Below are positions 9,391-20,006 of a stretch of 20,301 nucleotides of DNA, in pieces. Source of the stretch: Welwitschia mirabilis. Taxonomy: Eukaryota. The notes beneath the pieces were generated by a model, which was given only the letters and a program-made list of their open reading frames with translations, searched no databases and was not told the origin of the DNA. How positions within the stretch are numbered: position 1 is the first letter of the stretch; every line of letters begins with the position of its first letter. Made by a program: the position numbers and the translations under genes. The stretch is taken from NCBI GenBank assembly GCA_051453625.1, contig JBOZIK010000001.1:7474687-7494987 (forward strand), read 5' to 3'.

Positions 9391-10633
9391 AATATTTATA
9401 AAAATTTAGTTCTTCTCATTCATTTCCATAAATCCATCTCTTGAGACCTTAATCTTATTTCATCTTAAATTATCTTTTGTCTTGGGATTCATTAACCTTT
9501 ATCTTTGCCTTACCTAGGCCATACTAGAGGCTATGAAGATTTCATAGTTCTCACTCCATATTCTTGTGTTAAAAAGATGGAAAATCTAGAGTACTTAAAA
9601 GCTGAATTAATTTATCAAGGAGGGCACATTGGAGTGGAAATCATCATTTTATTGTCTAGTTTATGTTAAAGAATAATGTTGAAGTTAATTATTATTACTA
9701 AAACTTATAATATTATTATAATATTTTATGAATCTTTTATATCCTAGGTGTTATAGTTATTTAATAACCTTGAAATACTTTTGAACTTGACATATATTTT
9801 CATGCACTTAAAACTTTTTGGTGATGTATATCCAATTTTCAATACTATTTTAATGGTAAAACATGAGTTTAATAAATTTTTTGTATGCATCTTTAATATT
9901 TGATGTAAATCCCTTAAAAACGTATAGTTTAAATATAATATATTATTATTGAAGTTTAGGANNNNNNNNNNNNNNNNNNNNNNNNNNNNNNNNNNNNNNN
10001 NNNNNNNNNNNNNNNNNNNNNNNNNNNNNNNNNNNNNNNNNNNNNNNNNNNNNNNNNNNNNAATATTTATAAAAATTTAGTTATTCTCATTCATTTACAT
10101 AAATCCATCTCTTGAGAACTTAATCTTGTTTCATCTTAAACTGTCTTTTGTTTTGGGATTCATTGACCTTTATCTTTGCCTTACCTAAGCCATACTGGAG
10201 GCTATGAATATTTCATAGTTCTCACTCTATATTCTTATGTTGAAAAGGTGAAAAATCTAGAGTACTTGAAAGCTGAATTAATTTATCAAGGAGGGCACGT
10301 TGGAGTGGAAATCATCATTTTATTGTCTAGTTTATGTTGGAGACTAATGTTGAAGTTAATTATTATTACTAAAAGTTATAATATTATTATCATATTTTAT
10401 GGGTCTTTTATATCCTAGGTGTCATAGTCATTTAATAACCTTGAAATACTTTTGAACTTAACATATATCATCATGCACTTAAAACTTTTTGGTGATGTAT
10501 ATCCATTTTTCAATACTATTTTAATGGTAAAACATGAGTTTAATAAATTGTTTGTATGCATCTTTAATATTTGATGTAAATCCCTTAAAAACGTCTACAG
10601 TTTAAATATAGGATATTATTATTAAAGTTTAGA
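9391..10633. repeat. ~570-bp direct duplication (9391-9961 / 10062-10633) flanking a 100-N gap
   Basis: Colinear near-identical copies with scattered substitutions on either side of gap 9962-10061; probably an unmerged contig overlap. Confidence 0.92.
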
Positions 10634-11276
10634 AAAATTAATGTTACATAAATTTTAAGTATTAGAATATAGATACATACATAGATGGAAAATATGCTCA
10701 TAAATAACTCTATTGCTAAATGGTGATTTATTATTTCATAAAAATGATTGAAAGTCCTAAAATAGATGGTTTATTCTCTCACAGTTTATTAAAAACTTAA
10801 ATTAGAATTGTGATGAAGCTTTAAAGATCTTAAAAGAGCAAATGTTAAACTAGAGAAAATTTTAAAAATAAGATCTATATATTATTGTTAATCTAGAAAT
10901 GACTAAGTTAGAAATTAGTGAAAAGGTTAGTAGCAACATTGCTTATAAAGAAAATCCATAACCACCATATAAAATGATTAAGCATCTCCCTCATTTCATA
11001 AGAATAGAAGAAAATTCACATTTAATCGCATAGCTCTAGGAAAAGAACATTGAGTTGTAGATGCAGGACTCAAAGTAAAAAAAAAACAACACATTAGATA
11101 ATAGAGTATAACTTACAAACCAATTTTGAAGGAAATTCATCATCCATTCTGGTTAAGAAACAAAGCTCTTTAAAGAAAATAAAAATGATATAAATTAAAA
11201 ATGGATTTTTAAGGTTTCTTTATCACTTTATAAAGATGTAGTGATGAACATGATTTGCATTAGTGTTATGTTTATG

Positions 11277-11347
11277 TTGTAGTTGCATTTGCAACCTATA
11301 TTAGCATTTGTATTGTGGTTGCATTTGTAACCTATGTTTGCATTTTC
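11277..11347. repeat. Two-copy 36-bp tandem repeat rich in TTGCATT
   Basis: TTGTAGTTGCATTTGCAACCTATATTAGCATTTGTA / TTGTGGTTGCATTTGTAACCTATGTTTGCATTTTC. Confidence 0.8.
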
Positions 11348-12251
11348 TAAGGATTTAAAGAAAGTTAATTGTCATGGAATCATATAAACTAATGTCGAAA
11401 TAAATGAAGATAATAAATACATAACACAACTTAACATAACATTAAGAGTGAAGTTTTTTAAAATAGAAGAAGAAGTGACTTCCCTTACAGATTTGATGTG
11501 CCATAAGTAATCAAATGTAGATATCTTCTCAAGCATAAATATAGTGTTGGATTTAATTATAGAGGTGGTACTATAGGATTGAATAATCTTTAAAAGATTA
11601 AATTATTTAAATGGTAAAATGATTTATCTATGGTATAAAAGTGTTACTTACACAAAATAAATAAAACCAATATTTTTAGAGCTACATTACATGTATAATT
11701 TAAGTTTTATGAGATCAATAAAATTAAAATACTCGTCTTCAAACACTTGCAAATAGATTGTATGAGATAAAGAAGTATAGAACTAATCATGGACATTTCA
11801 AATACTTATTTTCTCATGTATAAATGGCTTAAAATGTAATTTTTAATGGACTTTTTATAAATATAAGCTTAATATGTATCCTTTAAGGTAAAATCTAGGT
11901 GTTTCTTATCAAAAATGCAGTTTAAGTTTTTTAATTTTTAGCCATTTTTTAGTGCTATTATCATTTGTTACATTGACAATGCAAAATAGACTATTTTGAT
12001 CACATAAATCTTGAGGCCTAGCTTCCCTTATTAAATTTCAAATAAAGATAATTTTAAAGATAACCATAAGCTTGGTTATTAATCTTAAATAATACATTAA
12101 TATTTATTAATTCATTATTTTTAGGCTTTAAATTAAAAAAAGTAGATGTTAGGTTTTTAAATCAAAGCAACATTTCAAATTTTTTTATTGAAAAACATGG
12201 ATTTTATATTTTGGTATTAGAGCAACATATGAAGTTTTTAAGTGTAAAAGG

Positions 12252-12277
12252 TGGATCTTACATTTGGGTATCAGAGC
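12252..12277 (+). promoter_or_regulatory. LTR 3' end (..CTTACA, 12262) and tRNA-iMet PBS of a Tekay-like element
   Basis: GGATCTTACA TTT GGGTATCAGAGC (11/12 to TGGTATCAGAGC), followed ~100 nt later by gag. Confidence 0.8.
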
Positions 12278-12381
12278 CTAGGTTGTGATTTCATTAGGCA
12301 TAAGTACTATTAAGTTGTTATAAGCTTTAACATCAGAGCCTAGGTTTTGATATGTATAGTTTAATTTTTCATAGGATTAAT

Positions 12382-13166
12382 ATGACCCCCAAGGAAAAAA
12401 GTAAATCCATAAACTGAGTTTAGAACATTAATGAATGTTGTAAAAAACTTAGTAGATGAACTTCATGAGCAAAGCAATGATAAGAAAAATGATGACTCTT
12501 TTAGAATGATGATGATGCAATTTAAGAGGATAAATATTTTTGAAGGCGTTCACAATGTAGTAGATGCAGAAGCTTGGCCGATTTTCATATAGAAGGAATT
12601 ATAATTATTTAATTTTACTACAAAACAAAAGGCAATGGAGAAACTCATAAAATTATTAAAGGAGTATCTTTATGGTGGGATACAAAAAGACTTCAAGCAT
12701 TATTTCCAATGCATATGAAATGCAAAGACTTTAAAAGAAGATTTAGAGGTAGAGATATCTTTGATTTTTTCAAAAATGTAAAGGCAAATAAATTTTACAA
12801 TCTTAGAAAGGGATCCATAACAATGGCCAATAGGAGCATAAATTTATGGAATTGTTGAGATATATTCCTGAATTAGCAAGTAATGAAGAAATCAAACTCA
12901 AAAAATTTGTGGCTAGTCTACATCCAATGATTTGAAAAAGTTAAAATATTTCAATTGCAAACCATTACAAAGGGCTTAGAGAAGGCTAGACTTAATGAGA
13001 AATATTACACTATGAATAAAGACCTTAAGGAGAAAAGAATAATACCTAAATATAATACAAGAATGCAACCATAAAAGGAACCATTCAATGGAATATAGAC
13101 ATGGTTAGATGGATAGGCAGAGTAAACATGGCTATAGTTAATGTTAGAGAAATTCATAAACCACAA
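12382..13166 (+). pseudogene. Decayed Tekay/Del chromovirus gag, truncated by the Athila-like insertion
   Basis: Reads FEGVHNVVDAEAW...KQK, KGVSLWWDT, FYNLRKGSITMA and EHKFMELLRYIPELASNEEIKLKKFVASLHPMI (cf. F.G..D...AE.W, G.A..WW, F..L.QG.MTV.EY..KF..L.RY.P.....E..K...F..GL...I). Several stops and frameshifts. Confidence 0.85.
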
Positions 13167-14574
13167 TGTTGTAATGCTAATTAGTACGAATTTGATGGTG
13201 TATTTTAAGTACTTTTTTAGGACATTTATATAGGTTNNNNNNNNNNNNNNNNNNNNNNNNNNNNNNNNNNNNNNNNNNNNNNNNNNNNNNNNNNNNNNNN
13301 NNNNNNNNNNNNNNNNNNNNNNNNNNNNNNNNNNNNTAGGAATTTGATGGTGTATTTTATGTACTTTTTTAGGATATTTATATAGGTTTGGATGCAATAT
13401 TAATGATTATGAAGAACTAATAGGATGATCACTGAAACATGCAATTCTTAGGCTATTTGGAGGCATCTCAAGCTTATTCTGATACTTCATACTTTGGAAG
13501 AAGGATTCACCATGTAGAAGATTGATTCCTTTTTTATATTAGAGATGAAGAAGCTTGTCGTTCCCTCTGTCATCCCCAAAACAAGTAGGACAATAACACT
13601 ATCAATATGGATGGAGGCTACAGAGTTGACTATAGGCCTTAAGGATAATGGACCACATTTTAATGTGAAGTAACATTCCCAATGTTGTCCCCATGATAGT
13701 CGGTATGGTAGCTATTTTCTATGATGAAAAGAATTATATTTGTAATGAGATCATGTGATCCACTTAGGCTACTAGGATTTCTTTTCTGATCTTTAGGGTT
13801 AAGATTATAGAACTTCAATGTGCAACTATAAATACCCTCCCTTTTCTTCACTTCTATTTTTATATTTTGTGCTTAATGATTTTATGAGAGGAGACTGAAG
13901 GACAAGAGGTTCATCCAATAGCTATAGAAAGAAGTTACCCTTGGTGTTGTGCTAAGTATCCTCCATTAAGATGCTACTACTTTGTTGTAAGTGTACGTAA
14001 AAGTTTCGTGATTGAATTCAAATATCCTCTTCACTATAATTATGTTTATGTTTCTTATGGTTTAAGTTGATTATAATTTAGTGACAATTCTATAATTTAT
14101 TTGGATCTTAAGGGTAACCTTTGTTAAGGTTAATTCTATTAATTTAGATTTGCATTGCTATTTCATTTCCATTTCACATCTACATTTGATCTTCTATTTG
14201 GTAGATCTTATAGTTCATGTGAGTTAGGAATAAATGATGAATTTTTTAAAATGATTTAAATTATAAAGATCTAGTTCTTGTGATAGGAGAATTAGGATCC
14301 AAATAGAACTCATCTCATTTACATTTCATCCATTGCGTTTTGTCTTCACTCATAATTGCATTGTAGTTTTATATTTGTTTACTTTTATTTATTAAAAGGA
14401 AAAAGATCAAAATACTCTTAGAAATCAATTTTCTAACTTCTAGCTATGTGCCTTATAATGGGTTACAACATTCATGTTAACTCTCATCTATACTAGTATG
14501 TGTTTTTCTGTAAGTATTTTGATTTACAGATTTGCCTAAAGGACTTAAGGATTACATAAATTCATATCATAACA
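13167..14574 (+). repeat. Athila-like 5' LTR
   Basis: Inverted termini TGTT (13167) and AACA (14574), the latter directly before the PBS; TATA box at 13827; start and internal motif are homologous to the minus-strand LTR ending at 3963. Confidence 0.78.
13826..13836 (+). promoter_or_regulatory. LTR TATA box
   Basis: CTATAAATACC in mid-LTR, followed by a pyrimidine-rich tract, as is typical of plant LTR promoters. Confidence 0.6.
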
Positions 14575-14577
14575 TTT

Positions 14578-14595
14578 TGGTGCCATTACTAAGAA
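14578..14595 (+). promoter_or_regulatory. Primer-binding site, tRNA-Asp (Athila) type, deaminated
   Basis: AACA TTT TGGTGCCATTACTAAGAA versus Athila TGGCGCCGTTGCCGGGGA; all differences are C>T or G>A. Confidence 0.8.
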
Positions 14596-15289
14596 AGGCC
14601 GTAAGGAGCTGAATTATTATTACTATTTTAATAAATACCTTAAATGTTTATTCAAGTTATTAATTTGAAATAGTATTATGTTTTTAGCATATCTTTAGTA
14701 GGTTTATTTTAGAAATTTTCATTTTTTGTAGTTTTTAAAATCCTTGTCATTCTCTCTATCATTTCAACAACATTGGNNNNNNNNNNNNNNNNNNNNNNNN
14801 NNNNNNNNNNNNNNNNNNNNNNNNNNNNNNNNNNNNNNNNNNNNNNNNNNNNNNNNNNNNNNNNNNNNNNNNNNNNNNNNNNNNNNNNNNNNNNNNNNNN
14901 NNNNNNNNNNNNNNNNNNNNNNNNNNNNNNNNNNNNNNNNNNNNNNNNNNNNNNNNNNNNNNNNNNNNNNNNNNNNNNNNNNNNNNNNNNNNNNNNNNNN
15001 NNNNNNNNNNNNNNNNNNNNNNNNNNNNNNNNNNNNNNNNNNNNNNNNNNNNNNNNNNNNNNNNNNNNNNNNNNNNNNNNNNNNNNNNNNNNNNNNNNNN
15101 NNNNNNNNNNNNNNNNNNNNNNNNNNNNNNNNNNNNNNNNNNNNNNNNNNNNNTTATTTAAATATGTTGAAATCATCACAAAAAAAAGCAAGTTGCTTCA
15201 TCTAGCACTCAAATCATAATAGAAACTTCTACTTCAAATGCAAACATTACTTTTAGAGATTTAATTGTTAATTAAAAATGTGAAATCTA

Positions 15290-16980
15290 AAATCCCTTTG
15301 ATTTACCCCTTGATAATGGTGTATAATTAAGAAATTTGAGTGTCTATTTAAATTTTTTAGGGGAATATGAGGAAGACCCTTTCCAACATCTAGCTGATAT
15401 TGAAAAACTTGCACTTACCTTAGGGAATGAAAAGAAACACATNNNNNNNNNNNNNNNNNNNNNNNNNNNNNNNNNNNNNNNNNNNNNNNNNNNNNNNNNN
15501 NNNNNNNNNNNNNNNNNNNNNNNNNNNNNNNNNNNNNNNNNNNNNNNNNNNNNNNNNNNNNNNNNNNNNNNNNNNNNNNNNNNNNNNNNNNNNNNNNNNN
15601 NNNNNNNNNNNNNNNNNNNNNNNNNNNNNNNNNNNNNNNNNNNNNNNNNNNNNNNNNNNNNNNNNNNNNNNNNTAGACATTCCAAATCTATTGATGAATT
15701 TCATAAGGAAGAGTTAGTTGATTATTTCTATAGTAGATTGAATTATCAAACTAAATAACTTATAGATTTTTCTTATAGAGGTAACTTGTTAAACTTAGTC
15801 TTGGAAGATGCATGGAGTGTGTTAGAAAACCTAGTAGAAATAATTCAAACTTAGATAAACCCACTAAAGAAAATTAAATCATAGGCCAAATAATAAAATA
15901 TTTAAAGGAGGTTAGACATGACAAGGAAGAATAAATAGGTGACTCAACTAACTTAATTAAATATTTCACTTTAGAGAAGTATACACAATTGATATTTGAT
16001 GCAAAGGTAGTAAAAGATGAAAACTTAACTTTAACTTATAAAATTTATGAAGAAAACTCTCATCCAAAAGAGGATGTTTGAGGAAGTTTATACTTTCAAC
16101 CAGAAAAAAACCTAACTTTAAAAGCCAATCACAATTTCAACAAAAATTAGATGGATACTCATAATGGAAACCTTTTAAGAATAAATTTAGAAATTCAAGC
16201 TTCCAACCAAATGACTTCAACTTTTCACCAAATTAAAATGACCCACTCAAAGATTCTATAAAAGAATTAAAAAGAGTGCAAGAAAAGACCAACAATAATA
16301 TTAAAAAGACTAATAGCAGTATTAAAAAGACTAATAGCAATATTAAAAACTTAGTAAATGCGATTCAAAAAACAATGCTTATCAATCAAAAACCATAAGG
16401 GTTTATTACATCTCAATCATTACCCAACCCAAATAAGGTTTAGAAATATCTGAAAGTAGTAATAAGAAGTGGAAATAATACAACACATCCTATTCATAAG
16501 GTTTCGACTTCTAAGAATAATAAAAATAAGGAAGATGATGTAGAAATTTTAGACTCATATAACTTTCCATGAATATNNNNNNNNNNNNNNNNNNNNNNNN
16601 NNNNNNNNNNNNNNNNNNNNNNNNNNNNNNNNNNNNNNNNNNNNNNNNNNNNNNNNNNNNNNNNNNNNNNNNNNNNTTTTAACTTCCAAGAATAATAAAA
16701 ATGAGGAAGATGATGTAGAAATTATAGACTCATATAACTTTCCATAAATATCACATACTAAAAAATCCTCCAAAAATATTTCATAAGAGAAAAAAAATCA
16801 TCTACACTTTAGTTAATACGAATCCTACCTTTGATGAATACTTAGAAATCTTAATACAAGAGGTGAATATCAACTTGCCTTTTTGGAAACTCTTGTAATA
16901 ATACCCTAAATATTCTAAGTTATGGAAGAACCTAGTGAGAATAAAATAAAAATTTACCATTCCTAACAAAGTGTTTCTTG
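15290..16980 (+). pseudogene. Decayed Athila-like gag and gag-protease linker
   Basis: Reads FLGEYEEDPFQHLADIEK; ELVDYFYSRLNYQTK*LIDFSYRGNL...EDAWSVLENL; GFITSQSLPNP...VVIRSG; and EVNINLPFWKLL**YPKYSKLWKNL (cf. F.G...EDP..HL, FY.GL....K..ID...GG, G.LPSQ...NP...LRSG, INIPF.EAL.QMP.YAKF.K.L). Confidence 0.85.
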
Positions 16981-17003
16981 CTTAATCCATTTGTAACTTA
17001 GTC

Positions 17004-17597
17004 ATGAAAAAGTATCCTAAATTTAAGGATCCTAGACCCACAACTGTGAGTGTTACCTTAGAAGAAAATAAAAGAATTCGAAAAGGTTTAATTAACATTA
17101 GAGATAGTTTAAACCTCATGTATTTACACATATGTAAGAGACTTGGGTTGGAGAATAGAATAGAACCTATACAAATTATCTTAGAATTGGCTAATAATTT
17201 AATCAAGAAATCATTAGAAATTATCAAGGACATAGTAATCCAAATCGAGGAATCCTTTTATCCCATAGATGTGATTAGCATTGAGGTAGAATATGATGGA
17301 GGTTATTCACTTCTCTTAGGAAGCTCCTTTTGTGCAACTATCCACTATATAATTAACACACATATCAGGATGATGGAATGCCATATAGGTAATAAATCAT
17401 TTATCATTCGAGTTTTTAATGCTACTAAAAAGAACACAAGAGATGATTTTAACTTAGAACAAGAATTTAAACCAACCTTATTTTTACAATATTTACCAGT
17501 TGAGGAGATACTAATTATGTTACATAAACCAACTTTATGTGATAACCCAACTAAAACACACTGTCTTAAGTCTAAGGATGAAGAATATGTCGACTAG
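17004..17597 (+). pseudogene. Retrotransposon aspartic protease region (open 197-aa remnant, catalytic motif mutated)
   Basis: ORF with KKYPKFKDPRPTTV...GLINIRDSLNLM (cf. KLKDPG.FTI...AL.DLGASINLM), LELANNLIKKSLEIIKDIVIQI and SLLLGSSFCAT (cf. PLILGRPFLAT). Confidence 0.85.
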
Positions 17598-17699
17598 GAA
17601 GAAATTCTATTCATTCAGTAGAAAATCATTTTGCAGAGTATTTTTCCACATCTATTTTTCCCATGATAGATGAGACAATAGCTCAAAATATCAACCTCA

Positions 17700-18780
17700 A
17701 ACTAAAGAAATTACCCTAAAGTTTAAAATTTATTTTTCTATCTGGTAATTAAAACAAATCCCTAATAATATGTGACCTTCTTACTATTCAACAAGAATCA
17801 AACTTGATCTCACTTTTAACTTCTAAACAAGATGCCTTTGCTTGGACTCATAAAGACTTAGTTATCATTTCTATTTCCATAGTTTAATACAAGATTTACC
17901 TTGAAGATAATGCTAAACATGTTAGGCAATCCTAATGAAGGTTTAACCAAGTCCTTAAGTAAATAGTTAAAGATGAATTCATTAAACCTATGGATGCTGA
18001 AATCATATATGCTATATCTGATAGTGAGTGGGTTATCCCTTTGATAGTAGTTTCAAAGAAGAAGGGAAAATGGAGAATGCACATTGATTTTAAAAAGCTT
18101 AATGATGTTATTAAAAAGGATTATTATCCTTTACCCTTTCTTAATCAAGTACTTGACAGAATCCAAAGTGGTACCTACTACTATTTTTTTTAATGGGTAT
18201 AGTGGTTATAATCAAATTTTTATAGTAAGTAAGAAACAAGATAAAACAAAATTTACCTCACCCTTTGGAACCTTTTCCTTTAGATGACTATCTTTTGGAC
18301 TATGCAATGCCCTTAAAACCTTTTAATGAGCTATGATGGGGATCTTTTCTGATATGATAGAGGACTATATTAAAATTTTTATGGATGAATTCTCCATCTT
18401 TGATGAAAATTTTGAACAAACCATAGAAATATTAGAGAAAGCTTTGGATTGATGTATAGAGAGTGATTTACATATGAGTTGGGAAAATAGTTTTCTCTTA
18501 GTTAAGCATGGAATTATTTTAGAATATTACATTTTGAGAGAAGGGATTAGGATGGATCCTACAAAAGTTTATATCATTAAAAACCTTAGCCCACAAACTA
18601 ATGTCAAACAAGTTAGATCATTCCTTGGTTATGTTGGTTTATATCATCGTNNNNNNNNNNNNNNNNNNNNNNNNNNNNNNNNNNNNNNNNNNNNNNNNNN
18701 NNNNNNNNNNNNNNNNNNNNNNAATAAGTCACATCAACTTGCATTTAATACACTTAAGAAAAACATTTCTTATTAACCTA
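17700..18780 (+). pseudogene. Decayed Ty3/gypsy reverse transcriptase and connection region
   Basis: Reads ISDSEWVIPLIVVSKKKGKWRMHIDFKKLNDVIKKDYYPLPFLNQVLDRI; FFNGYSGYNQI; TKFTSPFGTFSFR*LSFGLCNA; active site FMDEF at 18378-18392 (from FMDDF); VRSFLGYVGLYHR. Confidence 0.95.
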
Positions 18781-19130
18781 TTGTCATGGGTCCTGATTGG
18801 AATAAGGATATTAAACTTATGTATTATACAAGCAACATTGCTGTGGATGGGATTTTTGATCAAAAATATAAAAATGGTTTTAAATTTGTATAATATCTTA
18901 GTAAACCTTTGTTATAATCCTAATCCAACTATACCACTACTAATAAAGAAATGCTTGCCATTTTCATTTTCCTTGATCATCTTCGACATTATCTTCTTGG
19001 CTTCCACATTAATGTTTACACAGATCATGTAGCCATCCACTATCTTATGACTAAGAAAGATTCTAGTACTAGACTTATTGGATGGATCCTTCTCATGTAA
19101 GAATTCAATCTCACTATCATTGATAAGTCT
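18781..19130 (+). pseudogene. Decayed Ty3/gypsy RNase H
   Basis: Reads LMYYTSNIAVDGIFDQ (cf. LMCDASDYAVGAVLGQ) and NYTTTNKEMLAI...LRHYLLG...VYTDHVAIHYLMTKKDSSTRLIGWILLM*EFNLTIIDK. Confidence 0.92.
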
Positions 19131-20006
19131 NNNNNNNNNNNNNNNNNNNNNNNNNNNNNNNNNNNNNNNNNNNNNNNNNNNNNNNNNNNNNNNNNNNNNN
19201 NNNNNNNNNNNNNNNNNNNNNNNNNNNNNNNNNNNNNNNNNNNNNNNNNNNNNNNNNNNNNNNNNNNNNNNNNNNNNNNNNNNNNNNNNNNNNNNNNNNN
19301 NNNNNNNNNNNNNNNNNNNNNNNNNNNNNNNNNNNNNNNNNNNNNNNNNNNNNNNNNNNNNNNNNNNNNNNNNNNNNNNNNNNNNNNNNNNNNNNNNNNN
19401 NNNNNNNNNNNNNNNNNNNNNNNNNNNNNNNNNNNNNNNNNNNNNNNNNNNNNNNNNNNNNNNNNNNNNNNNNNNNNNNNNNNNNNNNNNNNNNNNNNNN
19501 NNNNNNNNNNNNNNNNNNNNNNNNNNNNNNNNNNNNNNNNNNNNNNNNNNNNNNNNNNNNNNNNNNNNNNNNNNNNNNNNNNNNNNNNNNNNNNNNNNNN
19601 NNNNNNNNNNNNNNNNNNNNNNNNNNNNNNNNNNNNNNNNNNNNNNNNNNNNNNNNNNNNNNNNNNNNNNNNNNNNNNNNNNNNNNNNNNNNNNNNNNNN
19701 NNNNNNNNNNNNNNNNNNNNNNNNNNNNNNNNNNNNNNNNNNNNNNNNNNNNNNNNNNNNNNNNNNNNNNNNNNNNNNNNNNNNNNNNNNNNNNNNNNNN
19801 NNNNNNNNNNNNNNNNNNNNNNNNNNNNNNNNNNNNNNNNNNNNNNNNNNNNNNNNNNNNNNNNNNNNNNNNNNNNNNNNNNNNNNNNNNNNNNNNNNNN
19901 NNNNNNNNNNNNNNNNNNNNNNNNNNNNNNNNNNNNNNNNNNNNNNNNNNNNNNNNNNNNNNNNNNNNNNNNNNNNNNNNNNNNNNNNNNNNNNNNNNNN
20001 NNNNNN

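Noticed and set aside
9391..10633. 570-bp direct repeats as the LTR pair of a TRIM
   Set aside because: There are no TG...CA ends, PBS or PPT, and the copies abut a 100-N gap exactly like the six other gap-flanking duplications.
2014..12262. One giant Tekay LTR from TGTAAC (2014) to CTTACA (12262) with nested insertions
   Set aside because: The termini are compatible but I could not find TSDs or continuity across the intervening blocks, so it is unsupported.
13005..13851. Minus-strand ORFs of 130 aa and 63 aa
   Set aside because: They cross a gap or lie antisense in gag and LTR sequence, with no recognisable motifs.
14709..15219. Several 148-160 aa ORFs on both strands
   Set aside because: They are open only because they span N runs.
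16982..17233. 83-aa minus-strand ORF
   Set aside because: It is the antisense shadow of the protease region, with no independent support.
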